From Bryobacteraceae bacterium (GTDB taxonomy: Bacteria > Acidobacteriota > Terriglobia > Bryobacterales > Bryobacteraceae): a DNA stretch of 64,000 bases. Position numbers and translations under genes: made by a program. Location: NCBI GenBank assembly GCA_036379475.1, contig DASVGP010000206.1, forward strand, positions 9,860-73,859. The letters are read 5' to 3'. The notes beneath the pieces were generated by a model. The model had not been told where the DNA came from and did no database searches. It was given only the letters and a program-made list of their open reading frames with translations. Positions 57,937 to 64,000 of the stretch are shown here, in pieces; within the stretch, counting starts at the first letter, position 1, and every line of letters begins with the position of its first letter.

Positions 57937-58313
57937 GCGCGTCCTCCCCGCTTGATCCGGTTCCGATCCTTCGCGGCAGCCGATACGAAGCGGACGCCGG
58001 GTACTCTCTCTGCCTGCTGGCTTCGGCCTGCGCGGAGCAGAAGGGCAGGCTGCGCGCCCTGGTCTTGCTGTCCGAGTATCTGGCTTCTGGCGCAGGCGGC
58101 CGCAGACGGGAACTCATAAGCAAGGAGATGCAAGCGTTGCGCGATTTATATAAGGCAGTCTGGTGCGAACTCGGCGGGGCTTTCGGCGATGAGGTGATTC
58201 GCGCGGTCAGGGAAGCTACCGTGTTTGTTTTCTATAAAATCGCTGCTGGCCTTCCACCGCCTCGGCTATCTCGCCTTCGATGTGGGCCGCGTGCTGTGGC
58301 TCCCGTCAGTTAA
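57933..58313 (+). CDS. Hypothetical protein
   Basis: ATGA overlap with the end of the ParB-like reading frame. No recognisable motifs. Its 3' part overlaps the integrase remnant. Confidence 0.3.
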   Translation: MSASSPLDPVPILRGSRYEADAGYSLCLLASACAEQKGRLRALVLLSEYLASGAGGRRRELISKEMQALRDLYKAVWCELGGAFGDEVIRAVREATVFVFYKIAAGLPPPRLSRLRCGPRAVAPVS

Positions 58314-58862
58314 GAATGCTCTGGCCGAGCGCATCCTGCCCGAAGCCGATCTGCACCGGCTGCTGAGCCTGGAACCGAAGGAGCGCAACCGCGTTCTTTT
58401 GCTTCTTCTCTATGCTTCGGGTATCCGCCGCGGCGAGCTCGCCGGCCTGTGCTGGCGCGCGCTGCAGGAAACCGGCGACGGCGGACAGATCACCGTCTTC
58501 GGCAAAGGCGGAAAAACGCGGTCGATTCGATTGCCGGTGTCGGTCTGGCAGCAATTACAAAAACTGCGCGGGGCCGGGAAGTCGGAGGGATCCCGTATTT
58601 CCCTCGCGCAAAAAGGGCCTGCCGCTTTCTGAATCCGCCATCTGGCGCATTGTCAAAAAAGCAAAAAAGCCGCCGCGCGTCCCGGAGGGGAATCAAAAGT
58701 GTCTCCGCACTGGCTCCGTCATGCGCACGCCTCCCATGCCCTCGACCGCGGCACCCCCATCCATCTGGTCCAGGCCACCCTCGGCCACGCATCGGTCGCG
58801 ATCACAGGCCGCTACCTGCACGCCCGGCCGAAGGAGAGCTCCAGCCGGTTTCTGGCGGTCTG
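58225..58862 (+). pseudogene. Tyrosine recombinase remnant (N-domain missing, at least two frameshifts)
   Basis: LLLLLYASGIRRGELAGL (R) and ITVFGKGGKTRSIRLP in frame 1, PVFPSRKKGLPLSESAIWRIVKKA in frame 2, VSPHWLRHAHASHALDRGTPIHLVQATLGHASVAITGRYLH (HxxR, H...Y) in frame 3. Confidence 0.8.
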
Positions 58863-58934
58863 AGGATTTGGCAGTGATGTCCAACGTCATCACTATCAGA
58901 AACCTATCTTAAGAATTCCGAAGTGCGCAGGTTG

Positions 58935-60320
58935 TCATTTTTTATTCATACTGAGGAGCATAGCGGCACCATAAATTCTTACGTAGCCATGTTGAGTCGT
59001 TATCGCTCGTTCAAACGCCTGTCTGGCCTTTTTAGGATCAAGGGAAATCATTACTTTGGCGGCTGTTAATGACGCTGTGCGATCGGCATTGTGAATATAC
59101 GCTTGCTCCACCTCGTCAAACGCTTGCTTCTCATCGAGATTCCTAATAGCTTTTAGCGCGCCAATTTGCACGGCAGCATGATGGCTGCCACGTTTGCTTG
59201 CCAGAATCGGCCATAAGATGCGGTCCTGGAGCGCGAGATCGGCCGCTTTTCTTCTTGCCTGCATGTGCGGGCTCTCTAGTCCGCAGGCGATGGCGTCCTT
59301 GGCAAGTCGACTGAAATCAGCCGCAACTAGCTTTTGCGCGGCAATCATACCGGAAATCCGGTCACAGTGGACGAGCATTCGTTTCAATACGCTGAGGTCG
59401 CGCGGATTGCTTGGTTGCAGCAGCTTGTCGGCGAGCATGGTTTGAAATTCCGCCTTGTTTTCAAGTCCCATGCGATAGGAAAATGCCTTCAACCTGGCGC
59501 TTCCTGATCGTGCAATAGCCCATACGACGCGCCCTTTTTCGCTTTCATCCGGACCGTTCAGGATTTTCGTAATCCTTTGGAGTGCTTCCGCTCGGCCTAG
59601 GGCTGCGAGTTCCACAAGGGAATCTATCTTATAGGCCGAACTCGATCTTGATGCTGACTCAAGGATTGCCTCCCCGTCAGACATTCCCAGATGAGCTAAC
59701 CCTAGTGCGCCTGCTATGCGAACGTTTTTGTCAGCATCGTGAAGATTCGCTGTGAATGCACGAACGGCACCAGGTGCATTCATTCTGCGTAGAATATTCG
59801 CGGCGGTCTCGCGGGCCAATGCCGTTCTTCCGGTAACAGCCTCGGCCTCCAGAACTGGTTCTGCAACAGACCCCATAGTCGACAGCAATCCGAATGCAGC
59901 TCCCGCTTCCGGCTGACTACCTTGTTCTCCAATGGCGGCCAACACCTTAGCAGCATCTGGCGTTCCAGCACGCGCTAGAGCGGCTAGCAAAGGTGGTTTT
60001 GGCTCGATGGAAGGATTCAGTGCCGCTTGCTTTAAGTCGTTGAAGTAGAATCGGCATTGCTCGGGGTCGAGACCTCTTGCAGCCGCCGCAATTGCTGGAC
60101 CATCTGTGCCGGAGAGAATCTGCTCTAGCAGGTTTAGGGCCTTTTTATCATCAACTGTTCCCAGCAGAGCAAGTGTATCGTCTGCATCAGGACCACCTGA
60201 AACGAGCGCAGAGGTTAATATGCCCCAATAATCGGCGCTCGTATCTCCTGCGGCGGCACCGTGGAATAGTAGCAAAACGAACGCCGCGATAATAAACGGG
60301 CAAGTATTGCGTCTTGCCAT
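58935..60320 (-). CDS. Secreted HEAT/PBS-lyase-like repeat protein
   Basis: Signal peptide, then repeated helical units with ...A..ALG.LG... periodicity (VRIAGALGLAHLG, AIAAAARGL, AVQIGALKAIRNL). Confidence 0.6.
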   Translation of the reverse strand: MARRNTCPFIIAAFVLLLFHGAAAGDTSADYWGILTSALVSGGPDADDTLALLGTVDDKKALNLLEQILSGTDGPAIAAAARGLDPEQCRFYFNDLKQAALNPSIEPKPPLLAALARAGTPDAAKVLAAIGEQGSQPEAGAAFGLLSTMGSVAEPVLEAEAVTGRTALARETAANILRRMNAPGAVRAFTANLHDADKNVRIAGALGLAHLGMSDGEAILESASRSSSAYKIDSLVELAALGRAEALQRITKILNGPDESEKGRVVWAIARSGSARLKAFSYRMGLENKAEFQTMLADKLLQPSNPRDLSVLKRMLVHCDRISGMIAAQKLVAADFSRLAKDAIACGLESPHMQARRKAADLALQDRILWPILASKRGSHHAAVQIGALKAIRNLDEKQAFDEVEQAYIHNADRTASLTAAKVMISLDPKKARQAFERAITTQHGYVRIYGAAMLLSMNKK

Positions 60321-60323
60321 CTC

Positions 60324-62933
60324 TCACCTCGTCAAATATTGGCTCGCAATATCCGCATAGGTTTGCGTGTACGTCTGTTGCTGTTGTGGGTTAAAGCTAA
60401 ACCCGTTTCCGGTAAGGCTCTGGGATCGCGCAGCTGAGAATCCCGATGGCAGCCCTCCTGACGCATACGCGTAAAGATAATCTGGCATCTGGCCAGCTGA
60501 GTTCGACTGAGCGGTATTGGGAGTGTTGTCTGGAGGGGTGAACGAACCGCCGTATGGGTTAGAGGTGGTATGGAGGACTTCTGTCAGCGGCATGCCGGGA
60601 ACTTGAATTGCGGTGCTCCACTGATCGAAAAGGTAGTAGGTGATTGTTGTAACATACCCGGAGTTATTACCACTGCTCCATGGCGTGGTGACACCTGAGC
60701 CGCCTGGGAAACTCCCGGCGTACAGCTGTGCCGGGTTAAGCACTGTGAAACGGGCGCTGGCCGAGGCAGTTTGCCCATTGATGGTGTACGTCACCGAAAC
60801 ATATGTATCTCCGCGGGCACTGCTGGGTGCCGATCCTGAAACGGATGCATTCGGGGAGTTGATGCCGGAAACGGTGAGATTTGGGCCAGCAGTCCAATTG
60901 ATCGTACCACCGCCCGGAGTGCCGACTGCTGTTATTGCCGTGCTATTGACTCCACCTGGGCCGGCCAGTAGAACAACACCCGATCCGGCCTCGATATAGC
61001 CATTTTGTATTTGAATGGTTACGTTTGGGGTGACGTTATTTGTCCCCTGGCTATCTGATTGACAATACTGGTTATATATCTGTCCAGTAGCCGTACCCGT
61101 CCCTACGGCTTGGCCGTAAAAAGAGGAGGAGGAACCGTTATTGGGGCCTGTAATCGGTGCAATCGAAGTATTGTTAGACCACCAATTATACGAGTAGCCG
61201 TTGCCGCCTCCGTATGATTGTCCGGAGCAGGCTTGGGGATTATAGGCCGTGCAGGTTACAGCGCTAACATCGCCGAGTTCGCCAACCAACTGCCAGCCAA
61301 ATGAGGCAACGGTATTAGGGTACATGAGGGAACCACATAGCACGATGTTGGAGCCGCAACTGAAGTTGCGCGCTAGTCCCGTTTCTGGGTTGGAGACGAG
61401 AAGCCGGCCAGTGCCTTTGCCGGGATCGGCTGTGAACCAGCTAATCGCGCCGGACGTGGTATCCGCGGCCAGTGTATTCCCTTTTAGATCCTTGACGCGG
61501 TTTTTGATCAGAGCGCCTATCTCGATGGCCTCAGTTTCGGCCGGTTTCAGCTTGTAATCCTGATGCCAGACTTTGCCGTCCGCATCGATATCAACGTTGA
61601 AAAGCTGCTCCTTGTCCGAGCAATTGAACAGCAGCACTGTGGACCGGTCGCCGTCGGCAATGGTCCAGGGATGCTCACCGCCGTTATTTACGGCCGGATC
61701 TTTCGCCATCAGTTGCACGGCGGGATATTCGGTTTGGCCCTTCAAAACCAGATTGGCGATTACGGTTCCGGGAGGGGTATCGGATTTGATTACGAACGTG
61801 TTCCGCAGTCCTGGATCTCCGTTCAGGCTGGATAAGGAGACATGCTTTATGGAATTCGCTGGCAACGAGAAGCTCGCGACGGTCTGGGTATCGGGAGTGT
61901 CCGCCGTCATTGTACTGTAGAGCACGGAAACCTTGGCGGGTATGTTCCCGTAATTTGCGACGGCGAGATCGGGAACAAAGCTGTCACCTGGAAGAAGATC
62001 TGCTGTTCCGACCGGCACCCCAGCAAAAATTGTTTCTTGCGTCTTCAGTGATGCCGCGTCTTCGAAGTTAAGTGCGATCTCTGTCCGGTGCTGGCTGCCA
62101 ATGCTCGAAACACCCCAGACCCCGAGCGAACCAGGGGCATTCGTCTGCACAGAGATTGCTAGTGCGCCTGGCGTGCGGTGGACGCGGCGAAATGCGGCTT
62201 CAAAAGGCGCATGGTCGGCAGGGTGCATCTCGCATGCCGACACAAGGCGCATCTGGTGCGGTCCAAGTTCGACGGATTTGTGGAACATCGAAAGCCGTTG
62301 TTCGCCGAAGCATTCGACGTCAACCCTCTGCGGCGAATCGGATGCACTGAAAAGGGCAACTCTTGACGAAGCATCTGTGGGAGGCACAACCGCACGATAT
62401 TGCGGCACCATCTCTGGGTCGAGCATCAGGAATTCTTCTTCGAAATAGGTTGCGGGGGATGTGCGATTATCGACAATTGATAACTGTGCGGCAATGGCCA
62501 TGCTCGTGACCTCCTGCGGGTTCGGATCGAGTTCGAGAGAGCCGGTGATCCGGCGCACGGCCTGGCCGCCGAGCAGATCGGAGACTTTCAAATCCGTTTG
62601 GCTCTTGGGCGCGAATGTAATCACCTTATGGGCCAGCACCGTTCCATTGGACGCTCTTGCGATTATGGTTCCGTGCACGGTTTGGGTCAGCTCGTTGACC
62701 ATGGTGATCGTGCTCTGATAACCGCCGTTTTCAATGAAGAATGGCGCGACCAGCGGCATAGTCATGTTCATATCCGTAACCTTGATGTTCGGGTTGCGGG
62801 GCTGTGCGGGAGTAATAGGTCCGTGCTGAGGCGTTTTCTTCTGTGCAGCCTGCGAGCTAGTCTGTCCGAGGCCGATACCAGCCAAGCTAACTGCCATTGC
62901 TGCACAAATTATGGTACACGAAAATCGAGACAT
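60324..62933 (-). CDS. Large secreted protein of unknown function (beta-rich, Gly/Ser/Thr/Asn-rich C-half)
   Basis: 869 aa with a signal peptide (AAMAVSLAGIGLGQ). Separated by 3 nt from the downstream HEAT gene. Confidence 0.6.
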   Translation of the reverse strand: MSRFSCTIICAAMAVSLAGIGLGQTSSQAAQKKTPQHGPITPAQPRNPNIKVTDMNMTMPLVAPFFIENGGYQSTITMVNELTQTVHGTIIARASNGTVLAHKVITFAPKSQTDLKVSDLLGGQAVRRITGSLELDPNPQEVTSMAIAAQLSIVDNRTSPATYFEEEFLMLDPEMVPQYRAVVPPTDASSRVALFSASDSPQRVDVECFGEQRLSMFHKSVELGPHQMRLVSACEMHPADHAPFEAAFRRVHRTPGALAISVQTNAPGSLGVWGVSSIGSQHRTEIALNFEDAASLKTQETIFAGVPVGTADLLPGDSFVPDLAVANYGNIPAKVSVLYSTMTADTPDTQTVASFSLPANSIKHVSLSSLNGDPGLRNTFVIKSDTPPGTVIANLVLKGQTEYPAVQLMAKDPAVNNGGEHPWTIADGDRSTVLLFNCSDKEQLFNVDIDADGKVWHQDYKLKPAETEAIEIGALIKNRVKDLKGNTLAADTTSGAISWFTADPGKGTGRLLVSNPETGLARNFSCGSNIVLCGSLMYPNTVASFGWQLVGELGDVSAVTCTAYNPQACSGQSYGGGNGYSYNWWSNNTSIAPITGPNNGSSSSFYGQAVGTGTATGQIYNQYCQSDSQGTNNVTPNVTIQIQNGYIEAGSGVVLLAGPGGVNSTAITAVGTPGGGTINWTAGPNLTVSGINSPNASVSGSAPSSARGDTYVSVTYTINGQTASASARFTVLNPAQLYAGSFPGGSGVTTPWSSGNNSGYVTTITYYLFDQWSTAIQVPGMPLTEVLHTTSNPYGGSFTPPDNTPNTAQSNSAGQMPDYLYAYASGGLPSGFSAARSQSLTGNGFSFNPQQQQTYTQTYADIASQYLTR

Positions 62934-62944
62934 TTGTTCTTCTC

Positions 62945-64000
62945 CTATCTGTCTGTTTCCGGCGCTTTGAGCGTCTTAAGAAATTCGATGAGTGCCCCTT
63001 GTCGATACGGGGTGAGCGCCCGGAATGCCTGCTGTGAGTCGAGCGCTTCGCCAAAATGGTTGAGAATGGCTTCACGAATGGTCGTGAACTGCCCGTGATG
63101 GAAGTAGTTCGGTTTGCTCCCGGCGGTCCAGAGGCGGCGCGTGAGGAAGCGCTCATTTCCGGCGACAAACTCGGCCGACCCGGGCGCGGCGTTCTGGTTG
63201 AGCACTTCGCGATTGGGATCGTTCGGGCCGCTGCAGATATCGTGCAACTTGAAATCCGTATAGAGCGGTACCATGACGACGCCGTTCACTGGTTTTAATC
63301 GCGGCTGCGGCAAATCGCCGCGGCTGAGATCGACTGAGAGAATCGGAGCTTGTCCGAGCTGCAGATTGCCGTGGGGATTGTAGGGATTCGGCTCAGTGTA
63401 GATCCAGCCGTTCCGATCCAGTGGCAAGGCGGGAATGTGGCACGAGGCGCAGCCGATCTGGCGGAACAGCGATTCGCCGTCGCGAACGGCCTTGCGCAAC
63501 ACTGGATCGTGAGGCTCAATTTGCTGCGGAACGGGCAGCGCCGCTTGAAACGCCGTAACGGCAGTGATATCGGCGCGGGTCAGTTCGTTGACCACACCGT
63601 CACCGTCTGGATCGGTTCCGATACCGAAGCGCTCGGTGGCTTGCATGCCGAGATGTTGATTGAATGCGTTGATTGTGAACACGCGCAGCGAGACGACATT
63701 TCCCGCCTGGCTGAAGGGCAGAATCAATAAGCTCGGCGGATGGTCCGCATCCGAAGAAGCGGTCGATTGTGGCGGAAGGCCCTGGACAGCGGAGGTATCC
63801 CAGGAGCCGTCTGGATTTCGAGCGAGCACGCCGAAGGAAATGCCTTTTGACATGAGCGCGGCGCGCTGGCCTGGGCGAAGGCGGTCGCGAATCGATTGCA
63901 GGTCAGCTGTGATCTGCCGGGCCAGCATTTCGTAATATCCGGAGCCGAACATGCCGGGAGTCGACCGGCCATTGGCAATCGACTGCAAAGTCACTGGTTC
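62945..64000 (-). CDS. DUF1111-type di-haem cytochrome c peroxidase-like protein (5' end outside window)
   Basis: Haem motif CASCH. DPDGDGVVNELT and LYTDFKLHDI blocks. Frame remains open to the window end. Confidence 0.7.
   Translation of the reverse strand, partial: EPVTLQSIANGRSTPGMFGSGYYEMLARQITADLQSIRDRLRPGQRAALMSKGISFGVLARNPDGSWDTSAVQGLPPQSTASSDADHPPSLLILPFSQAGNVVSLRVFTINAFNQHLGMQATERFGIGTDPDGDGVVNELTRADITAVTAFQAALPVPQQIEPHDPVLRKAVRDGESLFRQIGCASCHIPALPLDRNGWIYTEPNPYNPHGNLQLGQAPILSVDLSRGDLPQPRLKPVNGVVMVPLYTDFKLHDICSGPNDPNREVLNQNAAPGSAEFVAGNERFLTRRLWTAGSKPNYFHHGQFTTIREAILNHFGEALDSQQAFRALTPYRQGALIEFLKTLKAPETDR

Larger units (their letters stand above)
1..58900. mobile_element. Conjugative plasmid or ICE backbone (T4SS, relaxase, par, rep, ssb) with inserted accessory islands; left end lies outside the window and the right limit is uncertain
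   Basis: Co-occurrence of a VirB-type T4SS, T4CP, MOBF relaxase, ParA, iterons plus a rep-like gene, ssb, TA modules and integrase genes or remnants. By eye, composition alternates between GC-rich backbone and AT-richer cargo. Confidence 0.65.

Noticed and set aside
1-64000. tRNA, rRNA or tmRNA genes as integration targets for the integrases
   Set aside because: I saw no cloverleaf-like or rRNA-like sequence by eye next to either integrase module. A tRNAscan/Infernal run would be needed to be certain.

Overview
The window looks like the backbone of a conjugative plasmid or ICE, probably from an Acidobacteriota-like host. The host guess rests on an ADOP-type duplicated permease and a TonB-receptor fragment. 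Several more AT-rich accessory islands interrupt the backbone.

- **1-13.9 kb:** a complete type IV secretion/transfer block with VirB4, B9, B10, B5-like, B6, B8 and B11 homologues. It continues with two ribbon-helix-helix genes flanking a GTGCAC-repeat region (candidate oriT/operator), a coupling protein and a MOBF TrwC/TraI relaxase-helicase.
- **14.2-20.2 kb:** island 1, encoding a sulfotransferase-like protein, a GT1, a B12-radical SAM enzyme and a GT-A glycosyltransferase, plus IS5 and TonB-receptor scars.
- **20.3-22.3 kb:** a decayed copy of an HNH-integrase module with a frameshifted vapC.
- **22.4-35.3 kb:** island 2. It carries an ADOP/MacB-like permease, a GT1, an IS200 tnpA remnant and the most interesting locus in the window. 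That locus starts with an unannotated 54-codon ORF encoding a leader plus a 7-Cys core. Downstream lie a DUF692/MNIO gene, its partner, an AsnB-like amidotransferase, a GT1 with a PqqD-like tail and an M50 protease.
- **35.6-37.7 kb:** the intact HNH-integrase module.
- **37.9-47.1 kb:** maintenance region with HNH, zeta-like and RES-Xre toxin modules, an ScpA-like gene, parA/parB-like genes flanked by CCTCTATAGAGG-type repeats, 22-bp-phased iterons and a rep gene.
- **47.5-58.9 kb:** a giant methyltransferase-SNF2 helicase, a DUF2971 gene, ssb, a frameshifted ParB-like gene and a frameshifted integrase.
- **58.9-64 kb:** genes for a HEAT-repeat protein, a large secreted protein and a DUF1111 protein.

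I saw no rRNA, tRNA or CRISPR.
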